From NCBI GenBank assembly GCA_036172245.1, contig JAYWIR010000015.1, forward strand, positions 1,302,001 to 1,366,000: a stretch of DNA of 64,000 nt, in the 5' to 3' direction. The notes beneath the pieces are model-generated. The model was not told the DNA's origin. It saw only the letters and a list, made by a program, of their open reading frames with translations, and made no database searches. Source of the stretch: Raillietiella orientalis. Lineage: Eukaryota. The position numbers and the translations under genes were made by a program. Below are positions 14,354 to 25,690 of the stretch, piece by piece (positions within the stretch are counted from its first letter, which is position 1; each line of letters begins with the position of its first letter).

Positions 14354-14703
14354 ATCTGTGGTTTTCCTGCCCCTCCCTCGGAGTGGGAGCAGCCTGCGGA
14401 ATGGGGGCGGCTGAGGAAGGTTCCTCGCAGGTAGGTCCTGGTGGTCTTGCTCGAGGGTCGCCCGAGCCTGCGACCTGTTGGCTCCTGAGAGTACCCAACG
14501 CAGAGGGTCGCGCGACGGAAGAAGGGGGTTCAGAGGGGTGAAGAAAAGAACAGGAGGCCGTGAACACCCTCAGCTCGGGAGCGACGGGAGCTCTGGGTCG
14601 TCGACAGACTCTCTGTTCTCCCGCGGGACAGGGTTGTGGACGGAGACAGGGAGAATCTGGGATCTTCTCGGAAGAGGGAGGTCTCCAGAGGCTCTTCCGG
14701 TCT
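14354..14703 (+). repeat. Direct duplication, copy A (partner 17928-18277)
   Basis: Gap-free alignment at a constant offset of 3574 nt. About 27 substitutions by my hand count, all in the first ~260 bp; 14613-14703 is identical to 18187-18277. Confidence 0.95.
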
Positions 14704-17700
14704 ACTTCCCCTTCTCCTCTCCCGCCATCAGCAGGGAAGATCCCGACCGACGGCGATGGAGGAGAAGGAGAAGAAGGCGGGTAATGCGTAGGTGGTGAGA
14801 GCAAGGGTGAGCCGGCGCGTGAGTGGATGCACGGGGTTTTCCCTCCTCTCCCCCCATCGGTCCCTTCCGGAAAAGCGCGAAAGGCGTCGTCAATTCCCCG
14901 AGATTCCCGTCTCCAAGCGTCCGTAGGCTGCGCGCCCGCAGGTGGGCAATGGGTGTGCGGAGGAGGTGCGCCCGTTGGCCGCTCCCTTTGGGACCCGGAG
15001 AAGGGGGGGAGCACACGGCGGTGCTTGGACTTCTTGGACTGTGACAACGGCTGTCGCTTCCGGCTTTTCCCTGAACACCACCATCCTCGTGGTCCTCTGC
15101 GATCTCATCTGCGGAACGGGGGCGTGCACCCGTGGGAAGTGAGCTGCGGGACCTCAACTTGAGGTCTCCCCTTCATTCCGCAAGAGACTCATCCCTCACT
15201 CCTCAACCCCCTGAAACTGGAACCCAAGGAGGCGTGCCCGTAAAGAGTGGACCATCTCCTTCCTTTTTCCCCCTCTCTTCACGAGTGGGGCGTGCTCTCC
15301 TTACCACCTCTTTCTTAGGGTGATCGGGGTCATGCCCGGGGTTCCAGAGACTCGTGGACGCTTCTCGAGGAAGAAAACGGGAGGGAATCGGGAAGAGGAG
15401 GGGCTGACTGGCCCTGCGCCGTGCCCCTCATCTTCCCCTCCCCCCCCTCCTCTCCCTCCGGCGAGGAGACGGTTCGTGGCGAAAGGAAGCGGCCGCCGGG
15501 GAGTGGATCGCCTCCCCCGCCGGGATGCTTCCAGGATGAGGCTCCTCCTCTCTCGACCCCCGCTCATGCAAGGAGAAGGGGACTTCCGCTGTTTCCTCGA
15601 CGGGAGCGCGCGCTCCAGCACCGAGAGCAGCGGGGAAGCTCAGGGAGAGGCCTTGCGGCGCCGCGGGGGGGGGTCTAGCCACGAGGGGGTGGGCTGCGCC
15701 CATCAGAGGGGAGATAGGGGAAGGGAGAGGGGAGAAGAAAGTGAGCGTTCTGAGCTTCCCTCCAGCGCGATTCCTAGCGGTCGGCTGGCTCCTCAATTAG
15801 GAGGAGAGAGGAGGGAGAGGGAAAGGGGGAGGGCAGGAGGGAGGGAAGGGGTCATGTCGTGCCTTTTGGGGGGAAGGAGGCAAATCGGTCAAGAAAGATG
15901 GGAACGGAGGGGAAAGGTGGCTGCCTCCCTTTCCACCCTTTCCTCCCCTCCTCCCGCCATCTTTGTGGGGGAGGAGCGAAGAGAGGGATGGCCGGAAAAA
16001 AAAAGGAGCACAGTGACAAGGAACGCATCCTCGTCACGTAGCAACTTCCTCCAAGCTGCTGCCGCCGTCCGCTCGTATGGGTGTGTAGGGTCTCTCCCTT
16101 CCACTGCATCTCCCTCCAGCTCTCGCCGACCTCCTTCCTTGCGAGATTTTCCCTCTCCTTTCCTGATGCTCTCCTCAGGATCAACGAAGGAGAGAGAGTG
16201 ACAGAGGGGGGAAGCGGTGGGTCCCTGCGGAAGTGCGAAGAACGCCGATGACGTGCCTCCTAAGACTCGCGTCGCCGCAGTGACATCCCTGGAAAGCGAA
16301 CCCTGCTCCAGGAAGAATTTTCCGGAGCCATCCCGGAGGCTCCGACTCGCTTCCTGATCCGCTCGGCCAGGGGAGGCGGGAGGCCGCTTCGAGGCCGTCT
16401 CCATGCAAACAGATGACCGTCGTCCCCTCAGTGGCGGAAGATCTCAGCTTCGTTGAGCCCTCTTCCCCGGCTTTCTCCCACAGTCCTCCCTCGGCGGACG
16501 CTCCTCCCAGGCCTCGACAACGCAGGGAACAGGAACGAGGACCGATCCTTGCCCCTTCTAGAGAGCGTTGCAGCCATACCAACTTCTGTTCGAGGACCTG
16601 GGATGAGGACGCCGCACTCCGGTCTCGATCGGAGCAATGCGACCATCCCAGGACTCCACCCCTTCCTCTTCACTCTCACGCCACCAGGGACGATTCCCGC
16701 CTCCTCACCTGCCTTCCCGCTAGGCGGCAGCAGCAGCGTGAGGAGCAGATGAAACTTCCCCGCAGCCTTCCTTCACAGCTTGAGGAGAAGAGGCCAGAGG
16801 AAACCCAGCAAGGGGGTGGGGTGGGGGTGGGGGAACAGATGCCTCAACCGGGTGCATGCTGAGCTTGGGATTGACAGGAACCTCGGGGAAGAGTTCGGCA
16901 GGACGGTCCTCGTGATTTCCCTTCTTCCTCGACCTCCCGCGGGGAGGCGCGGTCCCGGTGAAGAGTTCGCTGGTGTTGTCCAGCAGCGCCGCCGCCTATT
17001 GATCGATTGCAGGGGCGGTGAGGAGGGATCAGAGGAGGTGCGAGGACATGCCTGCGTCCATGCTTGAGCGACAGGAGCTTCCTGCTTTCCCCCCTCTTCC
17101 TCTCGGGTCTCCTTCCTTGGTCTCCTGCTGGTTGCCCGCGTGTTCAGTGACCTCCTGCTGGGTTCACCCTTCGCCCTGACGGGTTTCTTCCTTCCTCCTG
17201 GATGCCACCGGCCATCGAGGCCGCTCGCGGACGGGACTCGGCGACCGCTGCTCCCGCCCTTCCGGCACCGAAGAGAGGCCGAAGAGAAGCGGCAGCGCGC
17301 CTACAGCCCCGCCTCCTCGCCCTCCGCAACCTCGCGCTGACCCGTCTTCTCCCTTGGACCCAGCCGGGCTCCCCGGAAGGCGAGTGAAAGCCGAGACTGC
17401 CTGGAGCCCTAAGGAGCTCCCATGACCCGGGGGTGGTCTTCATCGGTCACCCACTCCTCGAAGCGCATCGAACGCGGCGGAGTCCATCGGCAATGGGTTG
17501 AGGCGCGGAGAGGGGGACGGCTGTCGCAATCCGAAGGACCCTCCCATGCAAGTAGCTGGCGCTCCGGAGATCCCCTGAGGAGTGGTGGCGGCAGCACAGC
17601 GTGCAAGGCGTGCGTGCAGGGGAGAAGATCCTGGCTCAGGGACAGGGACCACGGGATTGCAGGAAATGGAAAAGGAAAGCGGCTGCCCTTCGCGTGCTCT

Positions 17701-17927
17701 TCTCGCAGTCCACCGAGGAAAGGTAATAGATCTTCGGGAGGCTTCTGCTTGGGGAAGGCAGCGGAAGGTAGAGAGAGGAAACGCTGGAGGCGACACGGGG
17801 TGCTGGAGAAAGGAAACTCCAGCAGCGAGGGAGGGAGGGAGGTATCACCCTCCAGCCTCCCTCATCTGCAGCAGCCGATCCTTCTGCAGGAGGGGAGAGA
17901 CGCTCATGGACCGATGGATGCCTAGTC

Positions 17928-18277
17928 ATCTATGGTTTTCCCGTCCCTTCCTCGGAGTGGGAGTAGCCTGCGGAATGGAGGTAGCTGAGGAAGGTTCCTC
18001 TCAGGTAGGTCCTGGTAGTCTTGCCCGAGGGTCGCCCGAGCCTGCGACCTCTCGTCTCCAGAGAGCACCCAACGCAGAAGGTCGCGCGACGGAGGAAGGG
18101 GGTTCAGAGGGGTGAAGAAGAGGACAGGAGGCCGCGGACACCCTCAGCTCGGGAGCGACGGGCGCTCTGGGTCGTCAGCAGACTTCCTGTTCTCCCGCGG
18201 GACAGGGTTGTGGACGGAGACAGGGAGAATCTGGGATCTTCTCGGAAGAGGGAGGTCTCCAGAGGCTCTTCCGGTCT
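17928..18277 (+). repeat. Direct duplication, copy B (partner 14354-14703)
   Basis: See copy A. Both copies give the minus-strand peptide DRKSLWRPPSSEKIPDSPCLRPQPCPAGEQ in the ORF track. Confidence 0.95.
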
Positions 18278-21200
18278 GCTCCTCCTTCTCCTCCCCCGAC
18301 GCCATCCCATGTCCCCTTGTGAGCGCCCTGCCTTCCTGAGGTAAACAAGCGGAGGGGGGAGCGAGCAAGGATCGATATCCTAGTTTCCCCTCCTTCTGGA
18401 CGGACACTTCCACCTTCCAGAGGACTATCTTCCAAAGGAGATACGTCCTCCGTCTTTCCCAACGAGGCAGTCTTGGGGGTCGCCAAGCAGAGTGGCGGGG
18501 ATAAAGGTCGAATGGGCTCCAGGTCAGTAGGGACGTGCCTCCTGCGGGAGCAGTTCCCCATGCTCTCCGGAACAGTACTCCGAGGGTCCCTGGGAACGAA
18601 CGTGGCGGAAAGGGGTCGAGGGGAAGACTCATCCGGATGAGCTTTCCTGGAGCTGGGTCTCTCCCCTGCCATTGCTCCTAGGATGCTGCGAAGAGCCAGC
18701 AGGAACCGCGGCCGTCGTCCCACTCCCCCTTTCCTTCTTCTACTCCCCTTCCCCCCCTCACCATCATCAACATCATTGCTGTCATCATCAACGTCGCCTT
18801 TCTCCCGACAAGAGGTCGGTTCTGCGAAAGCACCTACAGGAAGAATTCTGGACAAAGAAAGTGGAGGCGGCGGTGGCGGAGGAGGAGGAGAAAGGGAAAA
18901 GGGGAAAGAGACAGCTGAAGCCCCGCGTGCAGCCGGAGGCGTCCTCTGAGGAGTACTCTCCTGACCCCACGAGAGGAAGCCCTCCTCGCCCGGGGGAGGG
19001 AGGGTTCCGCGCGCGCTGCACCTCCGACCGCCTGGTCGCTGTGACGTCACCGAGAGCCCCCTTCCCTTCCCCTTCCATTCCCCTTTCTGGGCGCGTTGTC
19101 CTGCCCGCGCCCAGGAGGGTTCGTCGGCTTTGCCCTCGAGCGGGGCGGAGCCTTCGTCAGGATGCGAACCGGAGCGGCTCCGGCTCGTATGCGCGCCAGC
19201 GCCAACACCGATCGGTGGCTCCACGTTGCCAAACATATCCGGGGAGGGAGGGGGTGGCGTGGAAAAAAAGAAGGGGGATCGGGAGGGGAGGAAGAGGAGT
19301 CACCTGCTCCCTGCTCGGTCGTTCCCGAGGAGAGATGAAATCTCCGCAGCCTCCGGGGAGAGGCGAGTCTCGCCCCTCGGCAGGAGGAGGGGGAAAAAGG
19401 CGAAGGGTACGAAGAAGGGCGTCTGCCCCTCCCATCTGGCACACCCCTCTCGAACGGGACTGCTCCTGCTGGGATGCCGCCGCTCACCCCGCAGCGAGGA
19501 GCCCCCGTTTCCTGCTGATACCTCAGGTGATCAGGCGTGCTCCTTTTTCTCTCCAAGAAGGGAGATAGGGGAGAGGAGCTCCCTCCCTCCCACTTCTCCT
19601 CTCGAGTTCCCGTCCCTTAAGAAGCGATCCCAGGAAGGAGACCCCGAAGGGCTCCCAGGGTCCTCTGGGAAGACCGAGGAGTGTGGTAGCTCCCCGAAGT
19701 CGCTCCGGAGAAGGATGGTGGGGAGGAGGAGGGAAAGGGCGGTGCGCTCCTCCGCGGGAGCAGGGGCTCCGGAGGATGCTCCGAATGGATCCAGGAGTCG
19801 CCTCCGCCGCCAGCTTCTCCTCACCACCTCTCCCTGCTGTGGGTCCGGAAACCAGGCATGGGAGGCGGTGCCCTGCATCTCCAAACGGTGGAGGAAGCTG
19901 TAAGGGAAAGGGCGTGGGATGCCGTGACACAGGGGACGGGGCACGAGGGTGCGTCAGGGAGTCCCCCGGGGAGGGTCGGGAGGCAGGCGAAGGGGAGAGG
20001 AGCACGAAGAGTCTGGGTGAGCGGAAGACTGGCAGGAAGAGCGGAAGAGTAGGTGTGGACGGGGAGACTCCGGATAATGGCCGCGTTCCCCGCGGGAAAC
20101 GCTTCCAGGAACGAGCAAAGGATTCCGGAATGCTTCGACGCGAGCGCTTGCGTTTCGAGTCGGGAGGGCGGGAAGCCGGGCACGCTCGGGGTGTTCCGGG
20201 AGCTGTAGGATGGAAAAAAAAAAAAAAGAGGGAGGAGGGGGAAAGCTCTTCCTTCCTTCCCCTCTCCCTCCTCCCTTTCCCCCCTTTCCTATCGCCCGGA
20301 CGCGACTCCCTTTTCCGAATTTCTCCGGCTTCGAGAGAGCGCGGAACTTTTTCATCTGGGAGAAAAAAAAAGGAGGGGGAGCGGAGGAAGGAGCGGGTAT
20401 CGATAGGGGTCCTTCTATTGATATCGGCAGGAACATGAATAATGCATGCGCTCTCGCGGGGGGATTGTGACTCGGCCTCCTCTTTCTCGGAACAAGCTGG
20501 GTCCGGGATCCGGGATGGAGACGGCTTCTTTCCCCTCTCCTGCCTCTGGAGGCGACTGCGAGAGCCGCCGCCGCTCGGGACAGGCGCGCGCACCTCCGGA
20601 AGCTGTGGGAAGGGGATCGAGAGGCGACTTGCTGCCTCGCCTGGGGAAACGAACCCATTCGCGACCTCCCTTTCCCCCCCACATGTCCCGAAGGCTGCCG
20701 TCCGCTTCTCCCATAGGAAAGGCGGCCGGCGAGGAGAAGCAGCAGGACGAAAACATGAACATGGAAAAGAGGGAGGGGGACGCCTCTAGCGACTGCCGGC
20801 TCTCGAGAGACGTCTTGTGTCCTCGTCTCTGCCTCCAGTGGGCTGCAGAAGCTATCCCTCCGTGTGAACTCCTTGAGCTATATGAGCGCGCTTCGGAAAA
20901 AACGATGGGGAGGAGGAGGAGATCCATTTGGCTCCCTCTGCCGCCTACCCGCTAGCAGCTTCAGCTCGCGGCATGACGAGAGCCTTCGATGAATCCGGGA
21001 CGCATCTCGGAGCCCATCCCGCTCTGCGTCCCTGCTCGTCGCTCCGACTGGGTGCTCTTGCCTTGTAAAAATCTTTCCCCCCCCCTTCCCCCCTTACGGT
21101 CCAGGGGCCCTTCCGTCTCCATCGACGCCGGTCTCTCTTTCCTTCTGCCCTTCCTCCGCCTTTCCTTCGCCACGGTCGCTTCCTTCCTGCTCTTGTTGGC

Positions 21201-22739
21201 CCCCTTTTCCCATACGGTTCTTCCTGTTGCCCCCTTGTCGAAACCTCGGCTCCCCCTTCGGTTTTACTTGTTCCCCACTCCGCAGCTCGCTGCAGTCACA
21301 TGCTGAGGTTTGTCGGACCTCTGAGATCTTTGCTGCTTGAGGCCAATCCCGCGGCCTCTGTACGCACCCTCTCCCACTTGTCTCTCTCCGAGAAGTCGGT
21401 TCACATCCCTGAAAGTCCTTGAATGTTCTCCGGTTTCTTCATTGCCTATTTCCATTCTGCTTTTTTTTTCTATCCCGAAAGTATCTTCAAGGAATACCAG
21501 TGCTCCCGATGCTGTGGGTCTTCCCCCCTCCCCCACCCGCCAGGCCGAAACAAGGTTTTCTTATGAAGTATGGCGACGCTTCTGGAAGCAGCCGTCTAAT
21601 CCCGGACTCATCCCTGATCCTCGTTCCGTGCCTCGAATTCTCATGAAACCGCGGAGGCGAAGCTCACAGGAATGTGGACCCGTTCCCGACTAAGGCTCTG
21701 AGCTTCCGGTTTTGTTCTTCGCCTGCGGAGTGGCGGGCGCGCCGCGAGAGAGCCATGCTGGGAGAAGAGCGCCACTCCCCAGATACCCGGCATTTGACTT
21801 CAATTCGTCCCCACGCTCCTTCCTCGTTGGGCAGTGGCGGGCCGCTTCGGCATGGAGCGATGCCCCGCTTCGGCTCCTTCAAATCCTTTCGAGCGTGCTC
21901 AAGACTGCTTCCCGGACTGTGATAGGAGTCCAAACAGTGGTAGCAGTGGCTCCAGGACTCCGAGAAAGCCATGGGTTCCGGACTCCCAACAGGAAAGGAG
22001 AAAGGAGCAAGAATTCCAGCGTAAACACGCTGCTTTCCTTCTCTTGCCTCCCAAATCGTCGGATCCATCACGTTTCTGAGAAGACCACGAGACCAGGAAG
22101 TGCAAGACGCAGGATTCTGCTCCTCTTCGGAGGCTCCACAACTCCACATCTCAGAATCCAGATGATCCTGAGATGTTTCAGCTCCCCAACCGTACCGCTT
22201 CCGGTCGGAAGATTCCAAAAACAAAACAAAAAAAAAAGAGGGAATCCATTTCTGGATCTTTCCCTTCCCCTTGGAAGACGGTCCTCTGGAAGCTCGCACC
22301 TTCCTCACCGAGTCCTCAAGGAATCGACCAGAAGCAGCTCTTCTCCACTCACGTACGCGATTCAGGAACAGGCAGGGAATTTGCGTAAAGAGGGGTCAGG
22401 GAGTTCATGAACTTATGGGACGCGGGAGAAAGGAGATACACGAGTCAGGCGGACGGTGACGAGAAGTCTGAGGGAAAGGGCAAAGAGCCCACGCTGAGAG
22501 TACCGGAAGGCAAGCACAACCAGAACGAAATCGCATGTCCAGGACCAACGTGCACCCCTCGATTATTGGGGGATGAGGGTGGAGGATGGAAACACACGGC
22601 CAACTACGCGGGGAGGCAGGAAGCCTCATGCACATCGCTGTTCTTAACCACCCTAAACTAACGCCCGATGTTTCCTGCATCCATCGCTTCAAAGGGAGTC
22701 GATAGTGGGCTGCAAAATGACACGCGGTTTCTTGGGCGT

Positions 22740-23900
22740 GAAACATACCCCTCTTGGGGGAGGAACTTTCGTTTTTTTCTAGTCGACTAGCGTCGCGCTT
22801 TATTTGCTGGAGGTGTCGAGTCGTTTACAGAGAAGCGGGGAGGGCTCCGTCACTCACCATTTTTCTAAGTTACTACCTTGAGAAAACGGAATTGGGAAGG
22901 GAAAGCCGGAATGTTGGGGGAAGATGAACGTTATGCTGAGCTGCAATGGGGATCGTGCGTGTGCAGGCAGCCCCGCTTTTTTTTGCTTCCTTTTCTGCCA
23001 CCCTCAATTCCGTGCCTCACTCGGCGAAATTTCTGCGAGTCACGAATCACGTCATGAATTCTTCACTGCGCACACAATGGGAGTAATGAATGTCCCTGTT
23101 TGTTACGCCCAAGCTACATGCGCAGCATACTTTCCTAACCCCGAACGCCTGTATCACCGCTGCATCAGCTATTCTACTCAGATATGTTCGTCCCATGCAC
23201 ATTCACATGCGCACCTGCAGTAAACAGCAATGCCGTTTGCACAGAAAATTTTGCATTCTCGATTTTATTTCGCATTGTTGAGGTGTACCCATCCCGAATT
23301 TTTCATTGTCGATTGCGCGTCGCATTGTTGGTGCCTGCCTGTCTCGAATTCTTCATTGTCGATTGCGCGTCGCATTGTTGGTGCCTGCCTGTCTCGAATT
23401 CTTCATTGTCGACTGCGAGTCGCATTGTTGGTGCCTTCCCGTCTCGAATTTCTCAGTCGGTTGCGAGTCGCGCTATTGGCGCGTACCCGTCTCGGATGTC
23501 TCACTGCCGACTGCGGATCGCGTTGTTATTTTAGCAATGAAATTTTAGAATCAGATAATCCTTTCGAAGCAGCAGCTAAAACCGGGTTGATTTAGCCTGC
23601 GAACCCTCCGTGAGTCCTGATTCCTGATCTTCGAATCCCCGCTTTCTTCCAGAATATACTCCAACAAGTTTTGACAGGAATCCAAGAATTTTTTGATGCA
23701 TGCTGAAAATATTTGGTTGCTACCCTCTTCTCTGCGAGGATTACTTTCTGAAGGATCTCTCTGAAAAGTATGTGTGTGAGATGCGTCGATCTTAGACTCC
23801 TCGCAATAACGCAGCATCTTCATGTAAAATCATTTTTCAGACACGACGAGGCAGGTTTCTCATCTTGCGAACTGAAAGATGTCTCCAAAGCGTCGAGGAT
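22740..23900. other. Lower-GC island, possibly an inserted non-autonomous element
   Basis: Visible shift to AT-richer sequence lacking the GGA/CCT patchiness of the flanks. Contains the 50-bp minisatellite. Boundaries are approximate. Confidence 0.5.
23271..23525 (+). repeat. 50-bp minisatellite, about 5 copies
   Basis: Unit CGCATTGTTGGTGCCTGCCTGTCTCGAATTCTTCATTGTCGATTGCGCGT starts at 23271, 23321, 23371, 23421 and (degenerate) about 23469. Central copies are nearly identical, outer copies diverged, and there are no unique spacers. Confidence 0.95.
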
Positions 23901-24440
23901 GCATGACTCAGCTGAAAGCTACAGAGCAGCACATCCGTTTGGATATGTTGGGTGACGGAGGAGAGACGTACTTGCAACGGTGCTTCGCTGTTCGGGATCC
24001 TGGGGTGCGATCCAGGGAGGAGCTCCGCGAGTTCTTGGAAGTTCCTGATGATTTTGTTTTCTCATGACTCTGGAGGTCGGTGAGCAGCGACGGGAGATCG
24101 GGAACTCGATTAGATATGAGGTCCCCAGACTCCTCCAAGAGTTTCTCCTCGAGGAACGGTTTAGCACACACGATGCGCTCTCCCTCTCAGGATGCCAAAA
24201 CCCACGGCTCCAGAGACATCTACATGGCAGATGTGGCGGCCCAGGGGTGGTACAGTGACCTCCACGCTGTCTCCCCTTCCGGACCGGAGCTGCCGACGGG
24301 ACGGCGTTTCACACGGCGAAAGGAATCCTCGCAATGAGCTTCGCCCGCTCGAGGTCGGAACTGGACTGCGAGGATCTCAACTCGGAGTCCATTCCTCGGT
24401 TCTCATGGCAACGGGGGACTTTATGGGTTAACAGTTAAGC
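23879..24440 (+). pseudogene. Frameshifted coding-like fragment, unknown family
   Basis: LDMLGDGGETYLQRCFAVRDPGVRSREELREFLEVPDDFVF continues after a -1 shift in a T run (about 24057-24060) as LMTLEVGEQRREIGNSIRYEVPRLLQEFLLEERFSTHDAL. Protein-likeness is a subjective call. Confidence 0.3.
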
Positions 24441-25673
24441 GCGGTGCCTTCCGTCGGCAGGTGAGCTCCTCGGTTTGGTTCCATTTATCATCCCGTTCAC
24501 CGCATTCCCTGCCACATTAGCATCGAAGTCAAGGCGAAGCAAGCAAATCATCGGCACGGAGGCCCCCATTTGCTCGGGGGGAGGGAGACGGAAAGAGTCT
24601 GGGAGAGAACAAGGGGGGAGCAGGGGGGAGGGCGAGGAGAAGGATATGCAGGTGGAGCGGACCGATCCGATCCGATCCGATCTCCGAAAATAAATCTTGA
24701 ACTCGAGCGCATCCGAGACACTGGAGGGAACGAGGTATCGGGGAAGTGACGAGTCGAAGGAAGCGGCACCACTGCGAAGATAGGGGAGAGGAGAGGAGGT
24801 GACCCCTTCTCAGTGGCGGCCTCTCCTTCGAGGCGGCAGCGTTGGCAAGTTCGGAGGAAGCGGCTCTCTTCATTCCCTGTAGAAGCGGGGCTCTCTCCTC
24901 CCTCTCCTCCCATTTCCTTCTCCAGAGTTGTCTCGGGGGAGTCGACGACGCTGCTGACTTCCCGAGGGAACCTTCCCTAGTCAGAAAAGGCGCGCGTCCC
25001 CCTTGACTCTGTCACCCCAGAGCCGCTTCGCGTCTCCCTTAGGACGGCACGTCTGCTGCCGACGCTTCGTCGGAAGGAGACCCGTATAGGAAAGACGGAG
25101 AGGATCTTCTGTTGCCGAGAGGCCACCAGCCCGGATGGGCGCGTGCCCGCTGACCCGCTCCACCAAAAACTGTGGTCTTGGTGCCCCTTGTTCTCGGTCG
25201 CGCCTGGATCACGGGTCACCTACCCCCACCAAAGGAGCGCACGACTGCGGCCTTGGGGCTCTGGAAAGGCTTTCCTCCCATCCTGCTCTTCAACTTTGGT
25301 GGAAGGTCTGGATGCTCCGAAGGCAGTTCTGCGTTGCTAAGGCGACCGAGTGCTCCTGCGACTTCGCGTCGGCGGCAGATGAGAGGGAGGGGCACCTATC
25401 TTCCCAAGAAAGGTGCCGAGAGCATAGGATGAGCCCTACAAAGGAGAGGATTACTTCTCCGGGGATAGGGCAAGGAATGACCCAGCTGCTGCCGTCTCTT
25501 CGCTACGCGCACTCCATCTAGCGTCCCGCATAGCCCCTCCCCCCTCCTCGGCTGCCACGCGCGAGGAGGAAAGGGGAGAGGAGATGACGAAGCCCAGCAG
25601 CAGCTGGGCCTCATCCGAGATGGAACGGCGAAACAGCCGGGGGCGGCTCACGAGGGCATCGGAAGGAGACCAG

Positions 25674-25690
25674 GCGGAAGTGACGTCACC
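25674..25690 (+). promoter_or_regulatory. Overlapping ETS/CRE composite motif GCGGAAGTGACGTCAC
   Basis: CGGAAGT ETS core overlapping a full TGACGTCA palindrome (25681-25688). Motif match only. Confidence 0.3.

Noticed and set aside
14354..18277. Direct repeats as LTRs of a retrotransposon
   Set aside because: No shared TG...CA termini, PBS/PPT or TSD found, and no gag/pol motifs in the 3.2-kb interior.
23271..23525. Possible CRISPR array
   Set aside because: Units are contiguous 50-bp tandem copies with no unique spacers, and no cas genes are visible.
23625..23651. TTCGAATCCC...CCA resembling a tRNA T-arm and 3' end
   Set aside because: The bases 5' of TTCGAAT do not pair with the following CCCCG, and no cloverleaf or A-box is present.
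24662..24682. (CCGAT)n short pentamer run
   Set aside because: Only about 4 units; an ordinary microsatellite with no further structure.
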